A DNA stretch of 64,000 nucleotides from a virus (taxonomy: Duplodnaviria > Caudoviricetes), in IMG/VR virus record IMGVR_UViG_2974671799_000001, positions 160,001-224,000 of that record. The stretch is one strand, 5' to 3'. Numbering within the stretch: position 1 is the stretch's first letter; each line of letters begins with the position of its first letter. The notes below the pieces were generated by a model. That model was not told the origin of the DNA. It ran no database searches and saw only the letters and a program-made list of their open reading frames with translations. Below are positions 48,797 to 58,573 of the stretch, in pieces. A program made the position numbers and the translations under genes.

Positions 48797-49231
48797 ATGA
48801 ATATAAATATTATTAGAGAATACCTTTTATCAGGGTCAGTTTTCGCAAACGATACAAATAATGGTAAACTTTTTTATAAAGATGGTAAATTAAACTTTGA
48901 GTTCAAAAGTGGTAATACTGATATAACTATAATGAACTACCAAATACCTGAGCATTTAAAATTGGTTCTTATGCGTATTAGTGATTTGAAAAACTCACCA
49001 ATGGCTTTAGCAGAAATACATAGCATTTATTCTAAGGCTGTGCCGATTTTAGAAAATATAAGTCATGAAACTTTAGCAGATTCTTTGGAAAATGTTGTTA
49101 AAGATGGAACTGTATTTGAATTACCATACAATGTTGTAAAACGTCTTATTTCAATGGGTTATGATGTATATAATCTTATTGATAGTGGTGATGCTTTAGA
49201 ACTTAATGTTAAAAACACAACAAATGAATAG
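48797..49231 (+). CDS. hypothetical protein
   Basis: 144 aa; KLVLMRISDL...LPYNVVKRLISMGYDVYNLIDSGDA pattern. Confidence 0.7.
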   Translation: MNINIIREYLLSGSVFANDTNNGKLFYKDGKLNFEFKSGNTDITIMNYQIPEHLKLVLMRISDLKNSPMALAEIHSIYSKAVPILENISHETLADSLENVVKDGTVFELPYNVVKRLISMGYDVYNLIDSGDALELNVKNTTNE

Positions 49232-50243
49232 TTTATTCCCAGTTACACATATTACACCATCAGATGAGCCACATATATATGCAATGGTTGGTTTACCTGC
49301 AACTGGTAAAAGTACTTACGCAAGACAATTGCGTTTAAAGTTGGAAAAGGAAGGTAAAAATGCGGTAATTGTTTCACGCGATGCATTAAGAAAACAATTA
49401 TATGGTTATGATGATTCGAACCTATCACTTTATTATTTGAATGATTCACAAGAAATGTTCAAGAGAATGAAAAGGATTTCTGAATTTGAAGATAATATGA
49501 TTTATGATGCATTATCTAGAGGTTATAAAGTTATTTTAGACTCTTCACACCTTGAATATAAGAACATTAAGAAATTAAAGTACTGGAATGTTCCTGTTGA
49601 ATTGGTTATCATTGAGGTTGATAAAAAGAACTTCAAAACTATTAAAGGTTTGGATGATAATCGTGAAAAGGGTATTGGTGAAGATAAGTTGAAAAGACTT
49701 TTTGACCGCTATAATTTCACTAGACAGAAGTTAAAAGATGAGCCTTTCGATTTCACACCTATTGAAAAACCATCATATGATGTGATGAAAGATAATTGTA
49801 TAATATTCGATTTAGATGGAACTTTAGCACACAATAATTGTGGAAGACGTTTTAATGACATGACTAGAACTGGCGAAGATTCATACCACAATGATATTTG
49901 TAGTATATTAGAGCTTATTTCTAGAGGTCGTAATGATAATACATATAAAACTATGTTAAATCGTCAGAAAAACCCTAGAATAATATTTTGTAGTGGTCGT
50001 TCTGAGCAAGCTAAAGAAGATACATTAAACTGGATTTCTAAGATTTATAACGTACATACATCAGACCTATATATGCGAGAAGATGGTGACAAAAGAGAAG
50101 ATTGGAAAGTTAAGCAGGAAATGTGGGCTAAATTAGAAGAGAATTACAACATTATTGCAATGTTTGATGATAGAAGTCAAGTCGTTAGAAGGGCTAGAGC
50201 TTTGGGTTATAGAGTATTACAAGTATCACAAAACAATTTTTAA
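49224..50243 (+). CDS. pseT: polynucleotide 5'-kinase / 3'-phosphatase (T4 PseT-like)
   Basis: P-loop VGLPATGKST and VSRDALR kinase motifs; HAD phosphatase IFDLDGTL, SGR, MREDGDKRED..VK, FDDR. Confidence 0.92.
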   Translation: MNSLFPVTHITPSDEPHIYAMVGLPATGKSTYARQLRLKLEKEGKNAVIVSRDALRKQLYGYDDSNLSLYYLNDSQEMFKRMKRISEFEDNMIYDALSRGYKVILDSSHLEYKNIKKLKYWNVPVELVIIEVDKKNFKTIKGLDDNREKGIGEDKLKRLFDRYNFTRQKLKDEPFDFTPIEKPSYDVMKDNCIIFDLDGTLAHNNCGRRFNDMTRTGEDSYHNDICSILELISRGRNDNTYKTMLNRQKNPRIIFCSGRSEQAKEDTLNWISKIYNVHTSDLYMREDGDKREDWKVKQEMWAKLEENYNIIAMFDDRSQVVRRARALGYRVLQVSQNNF

Positions 50244-50246
50244 ATT

Positions 50247-50579
50247 ATGAAAATTGAAGAAAAGGTAATTTGTAGCGCAATTTGGTGTAAAGAACTACCA
50301 TTAAAAAATGAGGAAATAACTAAGAATAAAAACATGATACCAAATAATGTTGATAGAGGTATTGTAATTTCGGGTTGGAGACATCAAAACTGTATAGTAC
50401 AAATAGTAGCTATAACAGGTCTTAGGATGGCTGAAATAGGTGAATATGAATCAGGATTCTTAACAAATCATAATAGATATGTTGGTAGGGAAGAAGGTGC
50501 TGAAATAGCACTAAGAACTAAACAAATAGAAAAACTAAATTTTCATTCAAAGCGTCTTTTTAGTGAAGACCTTTATTAA
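50247..50579 (+). CDS. conserved phage hypothetical protein
   Basis: CSAIW...GWRH..C...GFLT..RYVGREEG..IA...LFSEDLY pattern. Confidence 0.7.
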   Translation: MKIEEKVICSAIWCKELPLKNEEITKNKNMIPNNVDRGIVISGWRHQNCIVQIVAITGLRMAEIGEYESGFLTNHNRYVGREEGAEIALRTKQIEKLNFHSKRLFSEDLY

Positions 50580-50597
50580 AACTTAAAAACTTAAAAC

Positions 50598-50864
50598 ATG
50601 AATTTCAAAAAATTAGATTTAGGATTATTTTCAGGGTGTATATCACCATATTTAGGTAAACCTATAAAACAAGCTATTTCAATTGATTATATTGATGGTA
50701 GTTTTTGGTTAACATATATTGAGGATGATTATGAAATACAACACAGTACAACTATTGATATTTTAAATACCGAATGTGATTCATTAACATTCTCTAATAG
50801 TAGGTTACTAGGTTCATACACATATCAAGGCGTTGTTTATGCAGTATTTGAACGGATTTATTAA
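50598..50864 (+). CDS. hypothetical protein
   Basis: 88-aa ORF. Confidence 0.62.
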   Translation: MNFKKLDLGLFSGCISPYLGKPIKQAISIDYIDGSFWLTYIEDDYEIQHSTTIDILNTECDSLTFSNSRLLGSYTYQGVVYAVFERIY

Positions 50865-50892
50865 TTAGATTCAACCCTATGTGATGTAGGGT

Positions 50893-51216
50893 TTATTTAT
50901 TAAAGAAAGGGTTATTGGAAAGTGCTTCAATAACCCTTACTGCATTTTCACACTCTTGTTTAAATGACATAGCCATTTCATCAGTCATACTAAACCATTC
51001 ACCTCTTTTACCATATTGATTAAATTTATTATGTAACATCTTTTCAACCTTCAAGTAATGTTTTGTTCTGAAAGTATCTACAATGATTATTTCATCACTA
51101 TTACCTGTCTGCATTGATTTAACACGTTTTTCAACAGTAGATGTTGTGAATCCTATTTTGAAAGCTCGTTCAAAATTTCTATACTCTTCAAGTAAATAAA
51201 TATATCCTATTTTCAT
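50893..51216 (-). CDS. GIY-YIG superfamily (T5orf172/MUG113-like) nuclease
   Basis: GYIYLL...FKIGFT..VEKRVKSMQTGN...VEKMLH..F...RGEWF; start revised to MKIGY. Confidence 0.88.
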   Translation of the reverse strand: MKIGYIYLLEEYRNFERAFKIGFTTSTVEKRVKSMQTGNSDEIIIVDTFRTKHYLKVEKMLHNKFNQYGKRGEWFSMTDEMAMSFKQECENAVRVIEALSNNPFFNK

Positions 51217-51299
51217 TATAAATTGTTTTGTTATATTAATATAACAATTGAATTTTAAAAGTTGGATTTTATTATATTTTTTATACCAAAAAATGAGCC

Positions 51300-51690
51300 T
51301 AAAAATGACCATTACAAATGTTAATTTAATGTTAAGAAAATAGCGAAATTCTCGTGAATGTTAAGTTAATGTTAGCAAGTTAAAAATTTTAACATTTTTA
51401 ACACTTTTCATAATTATTTGATTATTAAATATTTAAGTCGTTTAATGTAAATTTAATGTTAAGAGAATGTAAACTTAGTGTAATTTTTTCGTGGTTTGTA
51501 CTGGTAAACGATACAACATATGCAAACTTTATTGTAGTGACAATATTTTAACAAATTCTTTGGAAGATTCTCAGTAAAACGCATTTTTCGTTGAAAGAAA
51601 ATCAGTGAAAATGTACCTAGGTGCATTTTCCTTTATATATTATAAATACAAATAACATAAATAAACTTAAAAATGACTGTTTAAAAAATG
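51300..51690. other. AT-rich non-coding region with TGTTAA repeats (candidate origin 2)
   Basis: aatgttaa repeated about 5 times plus ttaaca on the other strand; contains the 133-bp repeat. Confidence 0.5.
51523..51655 (+). repeat. 133-bp dispersed repeat, copy 2
   Basis: Near-identical to 22024-22156, same orientation, about 29.5 kb apart. Confidence 0.9.
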
Positions 51691-51741
51691 TTTGGTTTAT
51701 GTGTTAAAAATAACTATATTTGCTCACTAAAAATTTATAAA

Positions 51742-52800
51742 ATGAAAGTAGATTTAAAATTAAGTGGATTAGCTCTTTTTCAAACATTACGGAACTATGA
51801 AAAACGTGGTTTGGTAATTTCACAAAGACATCCACAAAACAAAGAAATTATTATTTGGAATTATTCTAAACAAACTCAATATGATAATCATTGGGATGAA
51901 ATAACTTTGAATGCACGTAGTTTGGTAACGAATACCAAAGGTGATATTATTGCTCGTGGTTTTCCTAAGTTTTTCAATTATGAAGAACCTGAGTTCGAAT
52001 TACCTGATACAAAACTCTATAATATTAAGTATTTCAAAAAGCTAGATGGTTCTCTTATCTTGCTTTTCAATTATGAGGGTCGTTGGTATGTTTCATCTAG
52101 AGGTTCTTTTGAATCAGACCAATGCAATATGGCTAAATCAATACTTCGTGATAAATACAACGGATATTCTAATTGGTTGGATAAAGATTTAACATATTGT
52201 TTAGAACTTATACACCCATCAAATAGAGTTGTTGTTGATTATGGTGATGAAGAAGATTTGATTATGATAGGTATTTTGACATCAAATATGCAAAGTGTCG
52301 ATATGTCAAAACTTACTTGTGGTGATTTCAGATATCAAAAAGAAGAGTTGATACCTTTTGATGATTTCAAATTAATACAGCAACAAGATACTGAAAATGA
52401 GGAAGGGTATGTTATGCTATTCCCTAATGGATATCGTGGAAAGATTAAGTTTGAGAATTATAAGTACTTGCATTATTTGTATGGTGAATTTTCACCTTTA
52501 GCTATTTGGAAGTGTTTGAAAGAAAAAGATAATGATAGATTGATGTTTATAAAGGATAATACACCCGATGAGTTCTATGATGAGGTTAAAAAATGTATTT
52601 TCAAACTTAAAAAACAATTCTTTCAAATAAAGAACACAATATTAAGCGATTTAAACGACTTTTTACCTGACGACTATATAAACGACCATGAATTGTTTAA
52701 AAGTCTCGGAAAACGTCTAATAACAGCCTTTAACGATGAATATAAGCTAGATAGGATGATATGGGATGATATAAAACCTAAAAACAATATTTTTTCATAA
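51742..52800 (+). CDS. rnlA: RNA ligase 1 (T4 RnlA-like)
   Basis: IWNYS, ARSLV, RGFPKFFNYEE, KLDGSL adenylation motif, SRGSF, LELI, EGYV, KIK; start revised to MKVDL. Confidence 0.92.
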   Translation: MKVDLKLSGLALFQTLRNYEKRGLVISQRHPQNKEIIIWNYSKQTQYDNHWDEITLNARSLVTNTKGDIIARGFPKFFNYEEPEFELPDTKLYNIKYFKKLDGSLILLFNYEGRWYVSSRGSFESDQCNMAKSILRDKYNGYSNWLDKDLTYCLELIHPSNRVVVDYGDEEDLIMIGILTSNMQSVDMSKLTCGDFRYQKEELIPFDDFKLIQQQDTENEEGYVMLFPNGYRGKIKFENYKYLHYLYGEFSPLAIWKCLKEKDNDRLMFIKDNTPDEFYDEVKKCIFKLKKQFFQIKNTILSDLNDFLPDDYINDHELFKSLGKRLITAFNDEYKLDRMIWDDIKPKNNIFS

Positions 52801-52869
52801 TATTTTTAAAAAATTTCTTGTGAGTAATAAAAATTTGATTTATCTTTGTCATAAGAAATTAATAAAAAC

Positions 52870-53220
52870 ATGGAAAATTCAAACACATTAAACGTAAATT
52901 CAAGACCAAAGATGATAAGAAATATTTTAGTATTAATTTTCATGATGGTTGCAACATTAACATTTGGTCAAACTAAAGTTATACCAAACGTTAATTCTGA
53001 TTATGTTTCAGTAAAAGTTAAAGGTGATTCTTTAGTTGTAAAATCTGATTTCAAAATCAATAAGATTTTCATTTCAAAAGGTGTTTCAACTACAAGAAAG
53101 GAGTTTTATAATCTTGATAGCTTAAAGTTATCGACAAAAGATTTGTTTAATGGTAGAAATATTTTTATGATTTCTACGAATAGAAAAATTGTTGTAATAT
53201 CAGTAGAGAATGGGAAATAA
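52870..53220 (+). CDS. small exported protein resembling a stand-alone type IX secretion C-terminal domain
   Basis: Signal peptide ending TFG|Q; VIPNVNSDYVSV, KINKIFI and LSTKDLFNGRNIFMI resemble T9SS type-A CTD motifs. Confidence 0.45.
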   Translation: MENSNTLNVNSRPKMIRNILVLIFMMVATLTFGQTKVIPNVNSDYVSVKVKGDSLVVKSDFKINKIFISKGVSTTRKEFYNLDSLKLSTKDLFNGRNIFMISTNRKIVVISVENGK

Positions 53221-53710
53221 AAACGAATTAATAGAAATTAGTATTTCAAGAGGTGTTTTAGAGTATTTAATATTAAATTCATTTCCAAAATATCACTTAC
53301 TAAAAGATGATGAAGACCTGAAAGAATTAGGGGATTATAAAAAATCTTCTGATGGTGGAAATACTGGTGATGGTTATAATTTCATTTGGAATTTTTCAAG
53401 ATTGCAAGATTTAGAATTAGTAAAACTTAAAGAAATTTATGAAAAGATTCAAGACTATCACTATAATTATCGAGTTATAGTTGAGCGTGTTGATTCATCT
53501 AATAACATGGTTTCAATTCGTGATTTCTATGGTAATGGTTTAGAAGGTAATACACATGATTTTTATAATGGTGTTTCATCTATTTATAAGGATTTTATTG
53601 AATTTAATAATACTGTTGAATTTAAGAGAGCTTTAGTTGATTACTGGTTGAAGCAAAACAAGAAAATGAAGTTTAAATTTATAAAAGAAAATTATAATTA
53701 TGAATTATAA
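53210..53710 (+). CDS. hypothetical protein
   Basis: 166-aa ORF with overlapping start. Confidence 0.68.
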   Translation: MGNKNELIEISISRGVLEYLILNSFPKYHLLKDDEDLKELGDYKKSSDGGNTGDGYNFIWNFSRLQDLELVKLKEIYEKIQDYHYNYRVIVERVDSSNNMVSIRDFYGNGLEGNTHDFYNGVSSIYKDFIEFNNTVEFKRALVDYWLKQNKKMKFKFIKENYNYEL

Positions 53711-54431
53711 AATTAATAAAGAACACGCGGATTTGTTATTGAAAAATACAGAATCTAAATTACTTTTTGGCTCTCGTTTATTAGGAACAAACACAGATAC
53801 ATCGGATTATGATTATATCTGTTTATATGACTTTAAAAAGGTTTTTGGATTCCATGAAGATGAAGTTTTCATAGGATTACCTAATATACACAGTCTTCAA
53901 TTTGATGATACCGAAAATAACACACAATATGTGTTTATGACTAAGTTACAATACATCAAATGTATTACATCAGGTGATGGAACTATGGCTGTAGATACAA
54001 TGATTTTCGACCCCGAAAAGGATGTTAGAGAAGACCCTAATAATGAAATTTTAAACTTGGTTCGTACATCAAAAGTCATAAAAGCATATTTAGGAGTAGC
54101 TAAAAGAGATTTGAAACTACACCCTCATAATCCAAAGAAAAGATTTCATGCAATGCGTTCACTTTATATTGCTAACTCTTTGATGGATGGCGAATTACCA
54201 AAGAAAAGTGAAATTCAAAAGTTTGATGGTTCAAAAAAGCCCGAATATTATAAATATTTAACTAATGTTTATAGAGAACGGTTTATAAAAATGGTTGAAA
54301 ATCAAGAGCTTAAAATGTATTATCTACCATCTATTGAAGAAATAGTAAATGATATTGGGTTGGATGAATTGCGTTCTAGCTTATTAGGTCAAATACTTAT
54401 TTTAAATAACATTAGGGAGTTTAGATATTAA
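53700..54431 (+). CDS. Pol-beta superfamily nucleotidyltransferase
   Basis: LFGSRLLGTNTDTSDYDY (GS...DxD) motif; C-terminal KKRFHAMRSLY helical motif. Confidence 0.82.
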   Translation: MNYKINKEHADLLLKNTESKLLFGSRLLGTNTDTSDYDYICLYDFKKVFGFHEDEVFIGLPNIHSLQFDDTENNTQYVFMTKLQYIKCITSGDGTMAVDTMIFDPEKDVREDPNNEILNLVRTSKVIKAYLGVAKRDLKLHPHNPKKRFHAMRSLYIANSLMDGELPKKSEIQKFDGSKKPEYYKYLTNVYRERFIKMVENQELKMYYLPSIEEIVNDIGLDELRSSLLGQILILNNIREFRY

Positions 54432-54500
54432 AAAAAGTGAGATTTCTTTTTGAAGTCTCACTTTTTTGTTTTAGATTTGTAATAACAAAATAATTTAACA

Positions 54501-55313
54501 ATGGAAAAAAGTAAAAATTCAGTATTAGATAAAATCGAAAAGCTATTATCATTAGCTAATAATGAGGGAGCAAGCCAAGGAGAAATAGAAAATGCTATGA
54601 AAATGGCTGAGAAGCTAATGTTAAAACATGACATTGAGGCTGTTGATATAGAGATTGGTTCATTAGAAGTTAATGAAACTAAGGTTCAATTCGAAGAGGA
54701 AAAAGGATTTTACCCAAAGTGGCGTTATGAATTACTTAAAGAATTAGCATTAGCTAATATGTGTGAGCATTTCTATAGTGATAAAAGAACTGCTGTTAAT
54801 GTTATGACAGGTATGGGATGGAAATATGTTGTTCGTAAAACTGGTGAGTATTCTGTTACAATTATTGGTAGAAAAGACCGTAGAAAGACAGTATTTAAAA
54901 TGTATGATTTATGTTCTAAGATGTTGCCTGAATTGGCGAAACAACGTTGGAAAGAATATCGTACACAAAAAGTTAAAAGTGCTAAAGAAATGGGAATCGA
55001 TGCTACAGTTTCATTTTTGGTTAAGCATGATTTGATGTTTGATAGAAGAGTATTTTTTAATTCTTATTTGAAAGGTGCTTTTAAAGGTATTGTTGAGAAA
55101 ATAGAATCTAATCTTGATGAATTATCACCTGCTGAAAAAGATAAATATCAGTTAGTTGTTGCAAAGAATGACTTAGTTGTTCGAAATTATTTAACTGAAA
55201 AATATCCTAGTGTTAAATCTGTTAATAGAAGAAAAGGTAATATTAGTGCAGAGGCTTATAGAATGGGTGAATCTGATGCTAAAAATATTGGAGAGAAACA
55301 ATTAAATGCATAA
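54501..55313 (+). CDS. DUF2786-domain protein
   Basis: VLDKIEKLLSLA...EIENAMKMAEKLMLKHDI N-terminus; C-terminal AYRMG..DA. Confidence 0.8.
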   Translation: MEKSKNSVLDKIEKLLSLANNEGASQGEIENAMKMAEKLMLKHDIEAVDIEIGSLEVNETKVQFEEEKGFYPKWRYELLKELALANMCEHFYSDKRTAVNVMTGMGWKYVVRKTGEYSVTIIGRKDRRKTVFKMYDLCSKMLPELAKQRWKEYRTQKVKSAKEMGIDATVSFLVKHDLMFDRRVFFNSYLKGAFKGIVEKIESNLDELSPAEKDKYQLVVAKNDLVVRNYLTEKYPSVKSVNRRKGNISAEAYRMGESDAKNIGEKQLNA

Positions 55314-55809
55314 AAATATGGGTATTGTTTTTAAAAGTAAAGTTATTTCAGGTACTGGTCACAGATTAGACCCGTACAAAAAACCATATGATAAAAGAAA
55401 AGCTATAGATGTTACAAAGTCGGTTTTAGAGGAATTGAAACCGACTAAAGTTATTTCGGGTATGGCTTTAGGATTTGATACACATTTGGCTTTGGCGAGT
55501 TTGGAACTTGGTATTCCATTAGAATGTGCAATGCCTTATAAGGATTTTGGTACTCGTTGGAGTTCTAATCACCAAAAAATTAGAGATTATATTTTAGGTG
55601 AATCCATGAAAGTTACAATTGTAAGTGATGGATTATATCATATTTCTAAATTACAAATAAGAAATGAATACTTGGTAAATAATTGTAATACACTTTTAGC
55701 TTTCTTTAATGGAACTAATGGTGGAACAAAGAATTGTATTGAGTATGCAAAGAAAGTAGATAAAGAAATTATTAACATTTTTGAAAAATATGAATCATGG
55801 AAATATTAA
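55306..55809 (+). CDS. SLOG family (YspA-like) nucleotide-binding protein
   Basis: GTGHR, ISGMALGFD, RNEYLVN, GGTKNCIEYA motifs. Confidence 0.85.
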   Translation: MHKNMGIVFKSKVISGTGHRLDPYKKPYDKRKAIDVTKSVLEELKPTKVISGMALGFDTHLALASLELGIPLECAMPYKDFGTRWSSNHQKIRDYILGESMKVTIVSDGLYHISKLQIRNEYLVNNCNTLLAFFNGTNGGTKNCIEYAKKVDKEIINIFEKYESWKY

Positions 55810-55943
55810 CAGCTTTAATAGAATTTTTTGTTGAATTGGGTGTGGCAATGTCATTTAATAAAGATAAAGATGGAAAATTTGGATGTTTAATTCTTTTTGT
55901 AATTTTTATCGTATTAATTGTTGGTTTATGTATTTTTATTTAA
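55797..55943 (+). CDS. small membrane protein (48 aa; not in ORF track)
   Basis: MEILTALIEFFVELGVAMSFNKDKDGKFGCLILFVIFIVLIVGLCIFI. Confidence 0.55.
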   Translation: MEILTALIEFFVELGVAMSFNKDKDGKFGCLILFVIFIVLIVGLCIFI

Positions 55944-55956
55944 TACATTTGTACTT

Positions 55957-56214
55957 ATGAAACATTATTTAGCACACACGGATTTATATGATAAGATGCA
56001 AGACATGGAATCATTGAAAACAACAATTGATAATTACTTGGTAGCATTGGTTACTATTAACGATAAGTTAAACGGAAATCAACCTTTGGGTGTTTTTGAT
56101 AGAGTTAATGAACTTAAACATGAGAAGGTGATATCAGAAAAAGTTGTAACTAGATTAAAACAAAGATATAATAGAATTTTAAAATCAATTAATTTTTATG
56201 GCGCGACCATCTAA
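55957..56214 (+). CDS. hypothetical protein (start revised; probably leaderless)
   Basis: ATG begins 6 nt after the end of TAcaTTTG (55944-55951). Confidence 0.62.
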   Translation: MKHYLAHTDLYDKMQDMESLKTTIDNYLVALVTINDKLNGNQPLGVFDRVNELKHEKVISEKVVTRLKQRYNRILKSINFYGATI

Positions 56215-57568
56215 AATGACTATCTCGGATTTTTTCGAGAAGGAGTATGCAACAAAGTATGTGAAATATACTTATGAGGAAAGAGCAATACCGTCTTTAA
56301 TAGACGGACTTAAACCATCTTATAGAAAATCACTTTATTCAGCACTAACATTTATGAAGAAAGGTAAAACAGTTAGTGGTTTAGAAATCGTTGGTGAGAC
56401 TTATAAAAAGTCAGCTTATCATCACGGTAATAGTTCTATTGAAGATGTAATTATTAATCAAGGAGCATCTTATAAAGATAACACAGCACCATTCATCATT
56501 AGTGGTTCGGGTGGTGATTTAAGAAACCAAAACGCATCAGCTATTCGTTATCTTAAATTCATGTTATCCGACTTTTCATCTTTATATAATGTTGATTTAG
56601 ATATACTTGAACATAACTATGATGGTGAAAATAAGATTGAACCGACTTTCTTTTTACCTATTGTTCCTTTAGTATTAACAGCAAAGTCTAAGGGCGCGGC
56701 GGTTGGATTTGCATTCTCAAATGGTATTCAATATAGTTTGGAATCTATTACAGAGGCATCATTAGTTGCATTGGAAAACTTAGGTAGAAAGAAACAAGTT
56801 GAATTAACTCAATTAACACCGTTTGTAGATGGTTACGATAATGGTTATGAGTATGTTGGTGAGGATAAATGGAAAACTACTTCAAAATATACCATTAAGG
56901 GTAATAAAGTTATTATTGAAGGATTACCAGTTGCAGAGACATTTGATTCATTTGAAAAGAATTTATCTACACTTATTGATAAGGAGAAGATTGTAAATTT
57001 TGTAAATGAGACTTCTGATAAGTGTATAAAGTATATTGTAACGTTCAATAGAACTAACTTACAGAAGCTTATTAAAAATAGTAATGAGCCTTTAGAGAAG
57101 TTATTGAGATTAACAAGTATTTCACATAAGAATGTTTATGTTTTCTTGGATGAAAATAAGGATATTATTGAATCTTTGAATACACCAAATAAGGTTATCG
57201 AGTACTTTGTTAGATATCGTTTAAGTCGATATAATGACCGAAAGAAATTGATGATTAAAAATATAACGGAACAAATCGATATCAAAACTGATATTTCTAG
57301 GTTTATTAAGGCTGTTGTTGATGGTAAATTAGAGTTAAGAAATAGACCTATAAAAGAGATTAAAGCATACTTAACAAAAGAAAATATTAAGCATCATGTT
57401 TTGGATGTTAAGGTCACAAAGATAACTAAAGAAGAGTACTTGAAGTTATTGAAAGAAATTGATTCAATGGAAAATGAGCGCGAGAAGATTCGCAAAACAA
57501 AAATTGAATCGATGTATAAAACGGATTTAAAAGAATTATTAACCCATTTAAAAACTAAGAAAAAATGA
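56198..57568 (+). CDS. DNA topoisomerase II medium subunit (T4 gp52-like; GyrA/ParC family)
   Basis: RAIPSLIDGLKPSYRK, YHHGNSS, ASAIRY catalytic Tyr, EPTFFLPIVP. Confidence 0.93.
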   Translation: MARPSKMTISDFFEKEYATKYVKYTYEERAIPSLIDGLKPSYRKSLYSALTFMKKGKTVSGLEIVGETYKKSAYHHGNSSIEDVIINQGASYKDNTAPFIISGSGGDLRNQNASAIRYLKFMLSDFSSLYNVDLDILEHNYDGENKIEPTFFLPIVPLVLTAKSKGAAVGFAFSNGIQYSLESITEASLVALENLGRKKQVELTQLTPFVDGYDNGYEYVGEDKWKTTSKYTIKGNKVIIEGLPVAETFDSFEKNLSTLIDKEKIVNFVNETSDKCIKYIVTFNRTNLQKLIKNSNEPLEKLLRLTSISHKNVYVFLDENKDIIESLNTPNKVIEYFVRYRLSRYNDRKKLMIKNITEQIDIKTDISRFIKAVVDGKLELRNRPIKEIKAYLTKENIKHHVLDVKVTKITKEEYLKLLKEIDSMENEREKIRKTKIESMYKTDLKELLTHLKTKKK

Positions 57569-58491
57569 TGAACTTTATTTACGGTGTTTTAACAACACTA
57601 TATTTCGTATTTAATACTTATGCAATGTTTGAAGAAGCAAAACATAATAGCATGAATGAAAAATCAAAATTTAAAAGATACCTAAGATTAACCTATGTTT
57701 TCTTTTTTGCCTCGTTAGAATTGATGTTTTACATTTTAACACATTTATTAAAGTTTGTATTACCTTTAGATTTTATTAAAATGTCATTTTTAAAGACCTT
57801 TTGGAAATCTAAGTATAAAAAGATGTATGAAAGTGAAATTATGAGAGATTATATATCTAGAATGGCTGAAAGGGCGAGAAAAGAGAAACCTTGGTATTAT
57901 ATTCCTCGATATAATTGGATTTTGGGTGATAAGTTATTAAAAGGTGAGCGTATTTTATTTGCAAAGATTAAGTACTATTTGGATTGTGCTTCTGATATAA
58001 GTGATTGGGAATCATATGCTAGATTTTTCTATAGTTTCAATACATATTTAATATTATTGTTGATAAATCATTACACGTTAAATCTTGAAGTATATTTTAT
58101 TTTAATCATTTATATACCAATAGGTATTTTATATAATATTTTGTATAGTAAACAAAAGTATAGGGAAATTTTAGATAAATATGCTTTAGATGGCATTTTT
58201 AGAGTAGCTGTTTCTAGGTATATAAGATACATCTACTATTGGATTGTTATAATTACTGTATTATTACTATCTTTCATAATTTTTGATGTAAATACAACAT
58301 ACAACTATAGTAAATTACTAAATGATAATGATTTTCTTACAAACACTATCATAATTATTATAAATTCATTTCCTTTGGTTTTTGAAATTATAAGACAATC
58401 TAGAAGAAAATCAAAAGGTTTAAGTTTCCGATTTTTACCATTATTAGTAATGTTGTTTTATACTTTCATATTCACATTAGCAACAATTTAA
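57565..58491 (+). CDS. multi-pass membrane protein
   Basis: About 7 hydrophobic segments. Confidence 0.72.
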   Translation: MMNFIYGVLTTLYFVFNTYAMFEEAKHNSMNEKSKFKRYLRLTYVFFFASLELMFYILTHLLKFVLPLDFIKMSFLKTFWKSKYKKMYESEIMRDYISRMAERARKEKPWYYIPRYNWILGDKLLKGERILFAKIKYYLDCASDISDWESYARFFYSFNTYLILLLINHYTLNLEVYFILIIYIPIGILYNILYSKQKYREILDKYALDGIFRVAVSRYIRYIYYWIVIITVLLLSFIIFDVNTTYNYSKLLNDNDFLTNTIIIIINSFPLVFEIIRQSRRKSKGLSFRFLPLLVMLFYTFIFTLATI

Positions 58492-58573
58492 AATAAAAAT
58501 CCTGTATTTCTACAGGATTTTTATTTTTTTATATCATATTTAATCACTATATTTGCTAAAAATATTTTTAATT

